64,000 bases of DNA from Nitrospirales bacterium (GCA_963555755.3 OY820905.2:1-64000), one strand, 5' to 3'; positions 39,408-50,994 are shown, counted from the stretch's first letter. The notes: a model not told the origin generated them from the letters alone. Made by a program: numbers and translations.

Positions 39408-41465
39408 TTAAAACGCGACGCTTACTCCCATCCCACCGGAGAGGACGAGGCTCTTGTCGTCTAAATACAGCCCTTCCATCCCTCCGTAAAGAGATACCGT
39501 ATCGTTGATAGACCCGTTGAAGTCCAGGCCGGAAAAACCGCCAACAACAGTATCTTCACCGCCAGGATTAAAAACAATATTTTCACCGAGCAATGTCGCG
39601 TTGACCTTGTCGCCACCGACTATCGAACGGGCTTCCACCCCAAGCCTTGGCACGAGGCGGTAGGACTGGCTGTTTTGGGCCCATGGTATCGTCATCGCCA
39701 TCTGTATGCGGCCTTGCAATAAATGAAGATCGCGGTCTGCGACGACGAATTCGTCACTGGCGCCGCTCTCGGCAAAACCATCAAGAAAGAAACCGGTATA
39801 GCGCAAAGATGCACCCGGCTCGACTGTTATTTTATCTGTCACGGGCAGAGAGATGCTGGCAGACAGCTCGGGCGCGACAAAAAAACCGTAGTAATCGGCG
39901 GTCGCGGTTTGCAGGCCATCGTCCATATCCTGGTTGTTGGCGGTCACGCGCTCGCGGTCATGGTCGGTTATGCCGCCGGTAATCTTGGCGCCGATTGTTA
40001 TATTGTTGAACTTGAAACTCCCGTAAGCGCCCACGAAATAGCCGTATATATCTTCTTGCTGGGCATTATACTGATGGTCGACCATATTGACCGAAGCGCC
40101 GAGAAAGCCCCCTACCACCGTACCGCTACTGAAACGCTTGTCCGCCCCGGCCACCAGGCCAGTGCCCCAGTGGTCGGTATCGACCGAAGGTGATTTGCCA
40201 TTCTGTTCCCTGTATGATCCGAACCCATACCCCCATGACTGTGTTCCTGTCGACGATGGCTGGGATACATGCAAGCGCCCTAGGCGCCTGGCGGCGTACT
40301 GTGTCCCTGTCAATGATGAGGAGTTCAACTGCCCCAACCGCCCGTCGACTGCATCGTAGATGCCATTGGTGATGTCGGTAATGATCTCATCAGAGATTGA
40401 GGACAGGGTCGGGTCGACAACGGCGACCCGAAACCCCTTGATGACCATCGGCGCGCCTATGGGGTTGATGTGGGGCAATGCCCCGCTGTCACTGAACGTC
40501 TTGTCCACGGACAGTCCGTTTGTCACAGTCAAAGTGTTGGTATCACTGTCGAGCCGGATCGAGCCGATAATCACCGAACCGGGCAAGAGAACAATCTCGT
40601 TGTTTTCTGCGGCAGAATTACTATTTCTTAACCAAATGGCATGTGCAGAGCTGCCAGTAGCGCTGATCAGACCGCCATTGATGATCGTATTGTCATCTCC
40701 TGCTACTGTGTAAATCGCCGATGACTCCTCATCGTCATCCGTCGTCATAATCGAGCCGTAATTGGTGATCGTGTTGCCACTGTTAAAACCAACAGCCCAG
40801 GCGTCCGCCCCTGCGGTGGTTACCAAGCCAGTGTTGATGAATTCGCTGTCCGAAAAGAAAATAACGGCTGTAGTTTTGTCACCTGTCACGGCTATGACGC
40901 CGCGATTGATGATCAGGTTGCCGGTTGACAAATTAGACCCAACAATGCCTGCGCCAGCGTCGCCACTTGCCGTAATTGTCCCCTCATTAATAACTGTGCT
41001 GTCGTCTGGAATGAAGATGGCAAATGCTCCGGCGCCACTTGCCGTAATTGTCCCCTCATTAATAACTGTGCTGTCGTCCTCAACGATGATGCCAGCTGCA
41101 TTATCGCCCTCTACCGTAATCTTCCCTTTGTTGATGATCGTGTTGGAGCCGTTGCCCGAGATACCATCACCCAAAAAACCGGGGTCAACAGAATTCAGGT
41201 CATTTTCTATCTTGCCGCCTTTCTCAACCGTACAGCTCTGCCCAACAAGCAGGGTCTGCTTATCATTGGTCACTGTTTCACCATTCACAATCGTGGGACA
41301 GACGGCTTGAGCCGGAGCCGCTATCAGCAAACTTCCAATAGCCAGGATGAAGGCGCCAAAAAAAAAGGCAAACGCATTATTATCCCGCCTCGTTCTTGCT
41401 ATGTGTGTGAAGCCTACATAAACGGCGCTGAAATTGCTGGCTGTATAATTCAAAACCGTGGGCAT
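39408..41465 (-). CDS. Autotransporter with a beta-helical passenger domain
   Basis: Signal peptide; repeated N.G.I motifs including a 72-bp internal duplication; C-terminal beta-barrel ending in VAF. Confidence 0.85.
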   Translation of the reverse strand: MPTVLNYTASNFSAVYVGFTHIARTRRDNNAFAFFFGAFILAIGSLLIAAPAQAVCPTIVNGETVTNDKQTLLVGQSCTVEKGGKIENDLNSVDPGFLGDGISGNGSNTIINKGKITVEGDNAAGIIVEDDSTVINEGTITASGAGAFAIFIPDDSTVINEGTITASGDAGAGIVGSNLSTGNLIINRGVIAVTGDKTTAVIFFSDSEFINTGLVTTAGADAWAVGFNSGNTITNYGSIMTTDDDEESSAIYTVAGDDNTIINGGLISATGSSAHAIWLRNSNSAAENNEIVLLPGSVIIGSIRLDSDTNTLTVTNGLSVDKTFSDSGALPHINPIGAPMVIKGFRVAVVDPTLSSISDEIITDITNGIYDAVDGRLGQLNSSSLTGTQYAARRLGRLHVSQPSSTGTQSWGYGFGSYREQNGKSPSVDTDHWGTGLVAGADKRFSSGTVVGGFLGASVNMVDHQYNAQQEDIYGYFVGAYGSFKFNNITIGAKITGGITDHDRERVTANNQDMDDGLQTATADYYGFFVAPELSASISLPVTDKITVEPGASLRYTGFFLDGFAESGASDEFVVADRDLHLLQGRIQMAMTIPWAQNSQSYRLVPRLGVEARSIVGGDKVNATLLGENIVFNPGGEDTVVGGFSGLDFNGSINDTVSLYGGMEGLYLDDKSLVLSGGMGVSVAF

Positions 41466-42038
41466 TGTTTGGGACCTCCTAATGCTTGAATTTAGTATTT
41501 CAATATAAACAGGGTCATGAACACAGAGTAGGGTATTGTCAAGTTAAGTGAATTTGACCAAAATTTTGGCAATACACGAATTCATAACTCATTGCTTGTT
41601 CAGCATTCAGGTTACTGGCTCGAGGTAGAAAATCAGCCAAATTTGACTTAAGTTGACAATACCCCTCGCAGCCCTTGTGAATTGGGTGGCGCAGCACCTT
41701 CTCCTATGTGAAGGGCCACTTGTGCCCAGCGGTCAAACGAAAAAAGCCCCACCGCCGCAACGATGAGGCTCTGTGTTTATGTGATTCTTTTATCGATGAT
41801 TCGTTTAGGCCAACACCCAGAGCCAGAACACCACTTTAGTTTCTTACGCCCTGTGTCCAAATTGTGCTGATACATATACTAATTTCGGTTCTTTCGCAAA
41901 TAGCGTTTTTGAAGGTATTGAAAGGTTTGATCTCCATATTTTGCAAACAGGAATTGCCAAAATTACAGGGGTTTTCTAATCTGGGACGGGACAAAAACCC
42001 ATAGGATTTTTCACCATTTCGCTATTTGCGACAGAACC

Positions 42039-42573
42039 GAAAAATGTGCTTGGCCTTCTCGTACACTTCCATGTAAGAAGGCCTGCTTCCAAATTTCTCC
42101 CACCGCTTTCGAATGGTATCTGGTAAGGAATAGGCGGTGGAAATGGCAATTACCCCTTGAATATCTGCGTGTTGAGTCGGGTCATTTCGTAAGGCCCCAT
42201 AACGAATGGCCATGCAACCACCTAACCCATGACCAGCAATCACAATTTTTTTAAAACCAATTTTTCTCAGAAAATCACATGCCGCATCAATCTGTGGCAT
42301 GACATCGTCAAAAACACCAAAACCAAAGAACAACCCTAGGTTTGCAAGGAGGGTATTCATGGTGATGGAGGAGTAGCGGTGTTGGGCTAGAATTTGAGGA
42401 AGGTCATGTTCCGTGTCATCCAGCAGATTTCCCAACAGCCCATGCAAACGAAGGATGACCGGTTTATTGTCAACATGTTCTTTATCTCTATCTATATGAT
42501 AATAGAGCGCATCAATTTTATGTTCGTTGAATGGAATTGAAATGATGGTGCCTGAGATACCTACCTGATCCAT
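42039..42573 (-). pseudogene. Alpha/beta hydrolase-fold protein, 3'-truncated by MITE
   Basis: LHGLLGN, IAGHGLGG; ORF runs into the MITE TIR at 42038. Confidence 0.7.
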
Positions 42574-42647
42574 ACAGGTCTACAGTACAAGTCGTATGAA
42601 TGGTTGGTTCGGGACTCTGGGAGCAGAAAGAATTGTCATCGAAGAAC

Positions 42648-43148
42648 TCAACACTTTGGTCCACTGACATCCGTAAAGCGAATGGCAATACCTTTTAGCG
42701 TTTTTACCGTATAGTCATAGGGAAGCGCCACCCCAGCGCCATATCCCATTCCAAATCCGGTGCCGTATCCCCATCCCGGATATCCGTAAGACCCCATTCC
42801 CCACGGACCGCCCACCACCGGACTGTCATAGATGACCCCATGTTCGATATGTTTTTCGGGTTTGGAAAATATCACCGCATCGGCGCCCAAAGCCGCAGCT
42901 TTTTTAAGAATTTGGAATTGTTCACTCCGATAATCAGCGGAAGCACTGTCATCAACACTCAATTGTGCAATGGCGATATGCGCACATGGAGGTTCCCGAT
43001 CAACAATTTCTACTTCCTGAATGGAACCCTTTGGGGGAAAGGTTTTATTCGTCAACAAAAAAATATCGACAGACGTACAACTTACTATCAGGAAGGCCAT
43101 TCCCAACAACACCATTGGGGATAAGGAAACCTGTCGAGGACTATCCAT
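42648..43148 (-). CDS. Putative lipoprotein
   Basis: LIVSC lipobox; KKAAALGADAVI; Gly/Tyr-rich segment. Confidence 0.7.
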   Translation of the reverse strand: MDSPRQVSLSPMVLLGMAFLIVSCTSVDIFLLTNKTFPPKGSIQEVEIVDREPPCAHIAIAQLSVDDSASADYRSEQFQILKKAAALGADAVIFSKPEKHIEHGVIYDSPVVGGPWGMGSYGYPGWGYGTGFGMGYGAGVALPYDYTVKTLKGIAIRFTDVSGPKC

Positions 43149-43162
43149 GAATGTTTCCCCTT

Positions 43163-43663
43163 TTATTGAAGATACCGGCCAATCATCTTCCCTTCTATTT
43201 GTAAACGCTGTTCTTCGATGGCATGTCGCTGGTGCCGGTAGGCCTCAAGATCATTTTCATATTGTTGCCGATGTTCCCTCCATTTTTTAAACAGATGTGA
43301 CTCACCTTGCCCCGTCTTCTGAACTTCCTTTAGCAGTCCCTCAGCAAATCGCAAGTGTGTCAGTTGAAGTTTCCACTGTTCCTCATGGAGTGTCCACCCT
43401 TTAAAATCTAAATCCCGAAGTTGTTGGATCAAGGAATCGTTCGTTTTAGGAGTTTCCCTTAAATGTAACATCCGGTTTTCAATCATAGAGATGTTTAACT
43501 GCAATTCGGCAATATGTCTCTCCAAATCTGAAATGATCATTTCGAGGGGACGAATATCAGATGAAGCCAGCGACATGCTACCTCCTCCAAGTGTTAGCGT
43601 CATGATCACTGCGAGCACGGTGGGTTTTGGCAACCGAATCATCTTCACCTCCATTCTTTTCAT
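43163..43663 (-). CDS. Hypothetical secreted coiled-coil protein
   Basis: Signal-like N-terminus, heptad-rich body. Confidence 0.6.
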   Translation of the reverse strand: MKRMEVKMIRLPKPTVLAVIMTLTLGGGSMSLASSDIRPLEMIISDLERHIAELQLNISMIENRMLHLRETPKTNDSLIQQLRDLDFKGWTLHEEQWKLQLTHLRFAEGLLKEVQKTGQGESHLFKKWREHRQQYENDLEAYRHQRHAIEEQRLQIEGKMIGRYLQ

Positions 43664-43861
43664 TTATCCAGAAGACTACAATATTTCTGATTGTCGTGTG
43701 GCTTACAATCGTCTTCTTGATCTAAGGGTCTGTCAAAGATTAGACAGATCTCGTATGGTCAAAAAACTCATCCAGCCTTGCGGTATCTAAAAAACTCAAG
43801 TTTTTCAATGCGGACGAATTAATAGAAGGGACAAGTTTTTGACGAATAGCGCGAGCATTCT

Positions 43862-44719
43862 CTAATAGTTGTCTTTGTGATCCGTAAATTCCTGAAGTTT
43901 GTGCACAAAATCCTTCCTTTCGTGACGAGGGACCGGTGTTTCTTGGAGCCATTCGTACATCTCATGAAGATGCGCTTCGGTGATTTGCCAATGCCCGTCG
44001 CTATCATCAATAAGACTCGTGACGAGGGTAGAGTGAAATTGCTGGGCCGCACGGAGTACGCTCGCTGCCACCAACGGTGAGGTCACGAGGAGCCGCGTTT
44101 TCATGATTCTCAATACCTCGCAAAACGCCGCGGCCATCTCTCCCGCGCAAAAGTACGGATCATAGGTGTTTCGATTCGTCCAGCGTGTAATCTCATGGAA
44201 GGCTTTGCGGACTTCTTGACGTGTGACAGGAATAGCCGTGTTTGTCTCGAACGTGGGGTGCGTCGGCAGGCGACTATGGGGTCGCGACCACCCCCTTGAT
44301 TCAGAGGCCAGACGCAAGACGTCCAAATCAGCCTTGAGCGGAGAGGCAAACACGGGGTGAATCTGGGCTCGCGTGACCGGGGGAGGGGGAATCGTCTCCG
44401 TTTCAATGTCTTCTGTTGATGGCCGCGCTAGCCCACGCCATTCATCCCACACAATCGCGGTCGCCACCATGTGTTTACAGACATCCCCTTGATAGGGACA
44501 GGTGCAGCTTCTGCTCATCCCGTTGGCTGCAAACTTCAAATGAACCGCATAGGGCTTGGTGCCTTTTGCCACCGCGTCCGTTTCTTTTTCATCACGTTTG
44601 AGGAGGCTGACTTTATGGCTATTCGCATAGGCTTCCCCGCGACGCCATATGACTTCGGAGGTTTTATTGAGCAGTAAGTCGGTGGCGGATTTCACACTTT
44701 TTACATTTGTATGGCGCAT
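43862..44719 (-). CDS. SWIM zinc-finger protein
   Basis: RRGEAY, SCTCPYQGDVCKHMVA. Confidence 0.85.
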   Translation of the reverse strand: MRHTNVKSVKSATDLLLNKTSEVIWRRGEAYANSHKVSLLKRDEKETDAVAKGTKPYAVHLKFAANGMSRSCTCPYQGDVCKHMVATAIVWDEWRGLARPSTEDIETETIPPPPVTRAQIHPVFASPLKADLDVLRLASESRGWSRPHSRLPTHPTFETNTAIPVTRQEVRKAFHEITRWTNRNTYDPYFCAGEMAAAFCEVLRIMKTRLLVTSPLVAASVLRAAQQFHSTLVTSLIDDSDGHWQITEAHLHEMYEWLQETPVPRHERKDFVHKLQEFTDHKDNY

Positions 44720-44737
44720 TTCCCTCTCGTCAAAAAC

Positions 44738-44830
44738 TTATGCGGCCGCGCGGGAGTAGTATTTCAGCAACCCCCCAAGCCTTTCGCGAGAGTGAATCGA
44801 GTTCCCCTCTGAGTGCCCTTCACTGGCCAG
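44738..44830 (-). pseudogene. C-terminal fragment of an integrase-core transposase
   Basis: RERLGGLLKYYSRAA*. Confidence 0.6.
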
Positions 44831-45133
44831 GGTATTGTCAACTTAAGTGAATTTGACCAAAAATTGAGCAAAGCACGAATTCATAACTCATTGATTGTTC
44901 AGCATTCATGTTCCTGGCCCGAGGTAGAAAATCAGCTCAATTCGACTTAAGTTGACAATACCTGAAAACCCTATCCGAGTGCTGTTGGCGTAGTTAAGTC
45001 ATTCGCCAAACGTCTGGTGCAAGACCAGCCGAAGAGCAGCCATGCTTGCTGCGCCTCGCCTTTGCGAGGGACGACATTCGGGACGCTTACACTCAGGCGA
45101 CACGGCGTCTGAAATGACTATGCGCACCGTGGT

Positions 45134-46243
45134 CTACCTACATTCGTAAAATGCGGTTATCTCACAGTAGTACGTCCCATCGGGGAGCTGCTCCTGATGG
45201 GTCACTATGTGGCTTGTGAACACGGCTGGGCAGCGGCTCGGGTAGATTCTGCGCGCGCCTGTGTTCGCTTGACGCAGGGCTGCTGCTTCCGCATGGGACG
45301 CCGTTGGTTCCCACCCGAATCCCTTCATGCGGAACGTTGAACCGCAGTTGGGGGGGGCCGCTGCTCCTCCGAGCGGGCTGTCGTAGGCGAACCCGGGCGA
45401 ATGGGGAGGTGTTGATGGCGGCGGCGTTGGGGCTGTGGACGTGGTGGACCCATCGGGACGCACGACAACCGTGTGTCCGCCTGGAGTCACGATGACTACG
45501 CTGCCATCGGGAAGCACAACGACCGTGTTGCCATCGCCAGGTGAAACGGTTCCGCCATTCGGAAGCGGAATCGGTGCGGAAGTTCCCCCGCCGGCGGCGG
45601 TGGGCGGTTTGTCCCCTGCCCCCGCTCCCTCATTTTCGTCCGATTCCCCTGACTCATCGTACGCTTTCATAACTGCGAGGGCAGTCAACGCAAACGGGAT
45701 GAGCGCGGGATCCGCGATTACGACCAAGACGAGAATCAGGATTGCGATGATCTTGAAGCCGATGACAGTGGCGGGATCGATCGCAGCCAGATCGATGCCG
45801 AATCCACCCAGCAGTGCTGCTTGGTTGATGCGGTCCATGGGCGCGAGCGTGGTCGGGTCGGCTATGGCACATCGCAGAAGCGCGTTAACTTCTTCCTGCG
45901 GCAGCGCCCTCACCCGATCGAAGAAATCGGTGTCGTCAAAATGGTTGAATCCCGCGGCACCACCCGCCAGGGTCCGCGCCTCAATTGCGTCAACGATTTC
46001 ACGCTGCCGCATGATCCCGTCCGTGATGAGCTTGATTGTCTCTTTGGACAACTCGCCCTTCAGGCTCGTTGTCAGCAGAAGTTTGGCCAGCCGGTTCAAA
46101 CGGCTGGCAGCCAGAGACATCGCCGCATAGTTTTCAGGGTGTTTGATTAAACATGGCCCCAAATCAGCGAACGTCACAAGCACATCGGCATATGACTTCA
46201 ACCACTCGGGCGCATTGCCCGCTTGACCTGATTTAGCTGGCAT
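45134..46243 (-). CDS. Hypothetical membrane-anchored protein
   Basis: 369-aa ORF; hydrophobic hairpin, P/G/T linker, PDG beta-hairpin repeats, Cys-containing C-terminus. Confidence 0.6.
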   Translation of the reverse strand: MPAKSGQAGNAPEWLKSYADVLVTFADLGPCLIKHPENYAAMSLAASRLNRLAKLLLTTSLKGELSKETIKLITDGIMRQREIVDAIEARTLAGGAAGFNHFDDTDFFDRVRALPQEEVNALLRCAIADPTTLAPMDRINQAALLGGFGIDLAAIDPATVIGFKIIAILILVLVVIADPALIPFALTALAVMKAYDESGESDENEGAGAGDKPPTAAGGGTSAPIPLPNGGTVSPGDGNTVVVLPDGSVVIVTPGGHTVVVRPDGSTTSTAPTPPPSTPPHSPGFAYDSPLGGAAAPPNCGSTFRMKGFGWEPTASHAEAAALRQANTGARRIYPSRCPAVFTSHIVTHQEQLPDGTYYCEITAFYECR

Positions 46244-46291
46244 CCTGTTTACTGCCTTAGATTTCGTAAATTACCTGGGCATCGACTTAGG

Positions 46292-46554
46292 TCATCGCAC
46301 GAACTCGACCAAAACCTCTCCAAGGTCTCCCGGCCGCGAATTGATGTGGATTCGGCACAGCTTTGAAACCACCCTGGTCCTCACGCCCTCGCCGAATGAG
46401 CGTATGCCGCTATCGAACTGAATGTCAATCTTTGGAACGGTCGTTCCTGAACCTCCGATGATGCCTGTGAACGTAACGTACCACTCGTGCACGTTTCCGT
46501 CGTTGGGGTACAACGTTTGCCACTCACAGTGGACAAGGCGGTATTCCTTCGGAG
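46292..46554 (-). pseudogene. C-terminal fragment of an unknown gene truncated by IS6
   Basis: Open frame reaches the IS6 TIR. Confidence 0.45.
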
Positions 46555-47347
46555 GGTATTGTCAACTTAACGATCGATGGGCAAATTGAACCAGCTAAGT
46601 CAAGCTGCTTATGCGCACACCGCTTCCTCCCAGACCTGAAAGGCCTGGGTGCGCAACAGTCGATAATGGACCGCCTGCATGAGGTGGCGGCCAAGACGAA
46701 AGAGATTCTGGGTGAGTCCGTGTAACGTCAAAAACCGTTGAGCGTGAGTTGCTGAAGAAAACCCTCGCATATGATATTCTTGTTGCCGCGTGGGTTGGTG
46801 TGACACTTCAACTCGGGTATTCGCGTGGACCGCATTGATATGCTCGACGGTCGGCATGACGACCCGGTGTGCGGCGCCGTAGCTTTTGAGTGTGTCGGTA
46901 ATCATCCAGCGCGGCTCCGGGCCTTGGCCTTTCAGTAAGCGGCGGAAGACGCGCACCGCCGCGTGTTTATTGCGTCGGCGTTGCACCAACATATCAATGG
47001 TATCGCCGTCTTGATCCACGGCTCGCCAGAGATACTGCTGTTCGCCTTGGATGGACACAAACACTTCATCCAGATGCCACGTATCACCAAGACGACCTTG
47101 TCGCTTCTTCAATTTCCGCGCATAGGCTGGCCCAAATTTCTGGCACCATTGCCGAATGGTCTCATACGTGACGGTGATGCCCCGTTCGGCCAGCAATTCT
47201 TCGACTTCACGGAAACTGAGGCAGAAACGATGGTACAACCAGACGGCATGGCTAATAATTTCAGAGGGAAAACGGTGACGTTGGTAGCTGGGTGGTTTAT
47301 TTTTCATACAGTCCAGTCTGCCAAGTGCAACTTAAATTGACAATACC
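46555..47347 (-). mobile_element. IS6-family element (transposase 46609..47307)
   Basis: 793 bp, TIRs GGTATTGTCAA. Confidence 0.95.
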
Positions 47348-47358
47348 AATTGAACCTC

Positions 47359-47970
47359 ATGAATAAACTGCTGCCCGGCATTTATCACTGGCGAGTTTCT
47401 CACCCCGACATTCACATCGAGGTCGACAGCTACTACGTCTCGGCCCTGAGGCTGGCGTTTCTCATTGATCCACTGGCGCCTCAGGAAGGCATGGAGTGGT
47501 TCAGGGTGCGTCCCGTCCCGGCGCACATTTATCTGACCAATCGGCTCCATGATCGCCACTGCCAGCGGTTCATCGAGTCCTTCGGCGTAACGGTCTGGTG
47601 CCATGAGGCTGGGTTGCATGAGTTTGCCGACGGCAGCCTTGACGTCACCGCTTTCCGGCACGGTGATAAATTACCAGGTGGTGTGCGCGCTCTTGAAGTC
47701 AGCGTGCTCTGCCCCGAAGAGACGGCTCTTCTACTTCCCACCGCCGGCGGGGTGCTTTCAATCGGTGATGCGATTATCAACGAAGACGGTGAGCTCGGCT
47801 TTGTGCCCGACTCGCTAGTTGGTGATGACCCACCCGCGATCAAGCGTGGCCTGAAAGCATCGCTCCTGCGGATTTGTGAGCAGGAGACGTTCGATCATCT
47901 GTTGTTCGCCCACGGCAACCCCATCATTGGTGGAGGCAAAGAAGCGCTCCGCACTTTCTGCCGGCGGTAA
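47359..47970 (+). CDS. Metallo-beta-lactamase-fold protein
   Basis: LIDP, LTNRLHDRH, IGDA, LLFAHG. Confidence 0.7.
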   Translation: MNKLLPGIYHWRVSHPDIHIEVDSYYVSALRLAFLIDPLAPQEGMEWFRVRPVPAHIYLTNRLHDRHCQRFIESFGVTVWCHEAGLHEFADGSLDVTAFRHGDKLPGGVRALEVSVLCPEETALLLPTAGGVLSIGDAIINEDGELGFVPDSLVGDDPPAIKRGLKASLLRICEQETFDHLLFAHGNPIIGGGKEALRTFCRR

Positions 47971-48140
47971 GCCATGAGCAACTCGGGTGCTGACAGTTTC
48001 GGCTATTCCAAATATAAGTGTCATAAACATGTTTTCCTGAAAGGCCTGACCTGCATTGGTGTTTTACGTAAGGAAAGGGATTAGGGTAAGTGGAATGAAA
48101 GTGTAGACCTATAGAATTGATGGGGGAGTATTTATTCCTT

Positions 48141-48394
48141 TCATGCCTTTGATTCCTCAACCGTGACACCATAGAAATCTCGACTTATCACATGCCGTTC
48201 TCCTGTTGTGGTGCCGGCTCGTACGATCTGCGTGGTTTTGAACTCTGTTTCAGCCGCCGCATTTAGCTCAGCTTCCACATCAGACAGAAAGAGGATTTCC
48301 TCTGATGGTAGGCCTACTTCCTCACGGATTTTCTCATAGGCGCGTTTCTCTCGCTTTCCCCCCACTCTGGTGTCAAAAAAGTGAGAGAAATAGG
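48141..48394 (-). pseudogene. mtnC: Enolase-phosphatase E1 C-terminal fragment cut by MITE
   Basis: FFDTRVGGKRE..Y..I...EILFLSDVEAELNAA. Confidence 0.75.
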
Positions 48395-48798
48395 GGTTCT
48401 GTCGCAAATAGCAAAACTGTGAGAAACCATACAGGTTTTCATCTCGTCCCAGGTGAGAAAACCCCAGCAAAATTGACCATTTTCGTTTTGGCAACACAGA
48501 GAAATTCGCTCTTTTTTCCTTCAAAAATATTTTTTGCGACAGAACCTTTGTAACCCCCTTTCCCAGAGAGCATTGTTGTGATGAGCGCAATTCGGCCAAA
48601 ATCTCTCTGGGTGCCACAACTACCAGCACAGTGGCACCGCCAAAATCCTGTCAGAGAAAACGGCATGAATATGGGCAATTGATGAGGGTGATGATCGCTG
48701 GAGAGAGCGTCAAGCATGGCTCCAAGGGAGCCTAACCTGCCGACTTGTTAGGAGTATTTTGGGAATGCGGAGAGAGGCCCATTTTGCGGTAGACTGGT

Positions 48799-48886
48799 TG
48801 GCGGAGGGGGTGGGATTCGAACCCACGGTGGCTTGCACCACGCCGGTTTTCAAGACCGGTCTATTCGTCCACTCTAGCACCCCTCC
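48799..48886 (-). tRNA. tRNA-Ser(TGA)
   Basis: Cloverleaf with long variable arm, CCGGT-CTTGAAA-ACCGG, GGTTCGAATCC, CCA end. Confidence 0.97.
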
Positions 48887-49054
48887 TCAACATTCTTAGG
48901 GTTCGCGCAAGAATACCTTCCCATGTTTGGGCATCGACCCATCCTGTCTGGCGGCGTGGCTCGTCCCTCCATACGAGGAGTATGCGCAGCCCTCGCGCCT
49001 TGCCAGACAGGGGCCTCAGCACCCAAACATGGGAAGGTATTCTTGCGCGAACCC

Positions 49055-49285
49055 TTATTGCACAGTTTCTTCGATGAGAAACCAACCCTTCTTTTTCATG
49101 CACACGTCAAAGCCTGCTTGTCCGCCTAATCCGGCGATGCCTTGGTCCTCCTCGCATTCGGATTGGGCTCGTTCAAATTCGCCTGGTGGCGCCCCGGGTT
49201 TGGACCAGGAGGTTTGAATGGTGGGCAGTGAACAGGCCGCGATGAACATGGTTCCTATCATAAGGAAGAAAATTGTGTGTTTCAT
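49055..49285 (-). CDS. Small lipoprotein
   Basis: IAAC lipobox; WSKPG..C..C M.KKGW. Confidence 0.7.
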   Translation of the reverse strand: MKHTIFFLMIGTMFIAACSLPTIQTSWSKPGAPPGEFERAQSECEEDQGIAGLGGQAGFDVCMKKKGWFLIEETVQ

Positions 49286-49362
49286 GTGTTCACCTTGTTG
49301 TGCTGAATAGTTTATTATTTTCGAGTTAGCCCTGGTGTAAAGGCTACGGGATTGGGATCGAA

Positions 49363-50643
49363 TTACGTTTTGGGTGGTGTCATGATTTCGACGCCATACA
49401 TATACGGTTGAAGGGCTTTGGGAATTCTGACAGATCCATCCTCTTCCTGGTAGTTTTCCAATATTGCCACGACCGTTCGTCCGAGAGCCACACCCGACCC
49501 ATTGAGTGTGTGAACCGGTTGGACTTTTCCACCCTGAGGACGATAGCGGATATTGGCGCGGTGGGCTTGGAAGGCTTCAAAATTGCTGCAGGAGGAAATC
49601 TCTCGATACTTCCCTTGAGACGGCAGCCACACTTCCAGGTCATAGGTTTTCGCTGCGGAGAAACCCATGTCGCCGGCACAGAGCGTCATGGTTCGATAGG
49701 GCAATTCGAGCGATTGGAGAATCGATTCAGCGGAATTCGTGATGCGCTCGAGTTCTTCATAGGACAGGTCGGGTTTGGTGAAGACGACGAGCTCCACTTT
49801 ATGAAATTGGTGCATCCGAATCAGTCCGCGGGTATCTTGCCCATAGGAGCCGGCCTCCCGACGAAAACAGGGGGTGTGGGCGACATGCCGAATGGGAAGG
49901 GCGGATTCTGGGAGAATTTCATCCCGATACATATTGGTCACGGGCACTTCGGCCGTGGGAATCAGAAAGAAATCGTCGTCTTTGAGTTGAAAGAGATCGC
50001 TTTCAAATTTTGGCAATTGACCGGTCCCGATCATAGATGCCCGATTGACTAAATAGGGCGGTAACACCTCAGAATACCCATGGGCTTGAATGTGAACATC
50101 CAACATAAAGGTGGCTAATGCGCGTTCAAGCTGAGCACCGAGGCCCAGGACAATGGCAAATCGAGCGCCGGCGATTTTACTAGCCCGTTCGAAATCCAAA
50201 ATGCCAAGGTTTTCCCCGAGTTCCCAATGCGGTTTCGGTTTATAGGAAAAAACCGGAATCTCGCCCCAGCGGCGCACTTCGACATTGTCGCTCTCCTGAG
50301 CCCCTTTGGGAACGGTATGATGGGGGATATTGGGGATTCGGAGCGCGTGGTTTTCGAGTTCCTGTTCGACGGTGCGGAGCTGTTCTTCCTGTGTTTTGAT
50401 ATGGTCGCCCACGGCTCGCATCGATGCCATGGCATCGTCCGCGGGTTGTTTGTTTCGCTTGAGTTGTGCCACCTCTTCCGAGCCCTTTTTCCGTTGATGC
50501 CGAAGGGCTTCCACCTGGGAAATCATGTCGCTTCGGGTGTGGAGTAATTTCTCCAATTCTGCCCAGGCGACATCGGCCCCTCGGGGGCCGAGTTGGTTTC
50601 GGATGGAGTCGAATTGATCTCGCAATGTCCGGAGGTCGTACAT
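49363..50643 (-). CDS. serS: Serine--tRNA ligase
   Basis: [37 protein letters not shown]. Confidence 0.98.
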   Translation of the reverse strand: MYDLRTLRDQFDSIRNQLGPRGADVAWAELEKLLHTRSDMISQVEALRHQRKKGSEEVAQLKRNKQPADDAMASMRAVGDHIKTQEEQLRTVEQELENHALRIPNIPHHTVPKGAQESDNVEVRRWGEIPVFSYKPKPHWELGENLGILDFERASKIAGARFAIVLGLGAQLERALATFMLDVHIQAHGYSEVLPPYLVNRASMIGTGQLPKFESDLFQLKDDDFFLIPTAEVPVTNMYRDEILPESALPIRHVAHTPCFRREAGSYGQDTRGLIRMHQFHKVELVVFTKPDLSYEELERITNSAESILQSLELPYRTMTLCAGDMGFSAAKTYDLEVWLPSQGKYREISSCSNFEAFQAHRANIRYRPQGGKVQPVHTLNGSGVALGRTVVAILENYQEEDGSVRIPKALQPYMYGVEIMTPPKT

Positions 50644-50994
50644 ACGGTTGAACTCAAGTTGTTGAAATTGTGGTTGAAATTTAGCAGTTGTCTCAAAGGC
50701 AGTCAACGCAAGGGCGGACGTGGTCTACTTGCGAATGTAGGAGGATTTCACCTACTCTCACGGTATGGAATATGTGTTTCCCTATGAAAATATGTTTGTC
50801 GGTGGGGTGGTCATGTTGATCGTGGTGCTGCTGATTGTGCGTGTGAAAGTGGTACGACAGCGTCGAATGGGAACCCGTGAAGTTGATCAAGCAGGTGTAA
50901 CCATCGAACAGACAAAAGGTCGTCCCCCGCTGATTTGATCTTTCCTGAATCCAACCCCTATAATCGGCCTCTTTTTTACCATGGAGTGTATTGA

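Noticed and set aside
41740..41776. Repeat of the hairpin at 15843-15880 as a new element
   Set aside because: Probably a shared terminator-like remnant; too short to support more
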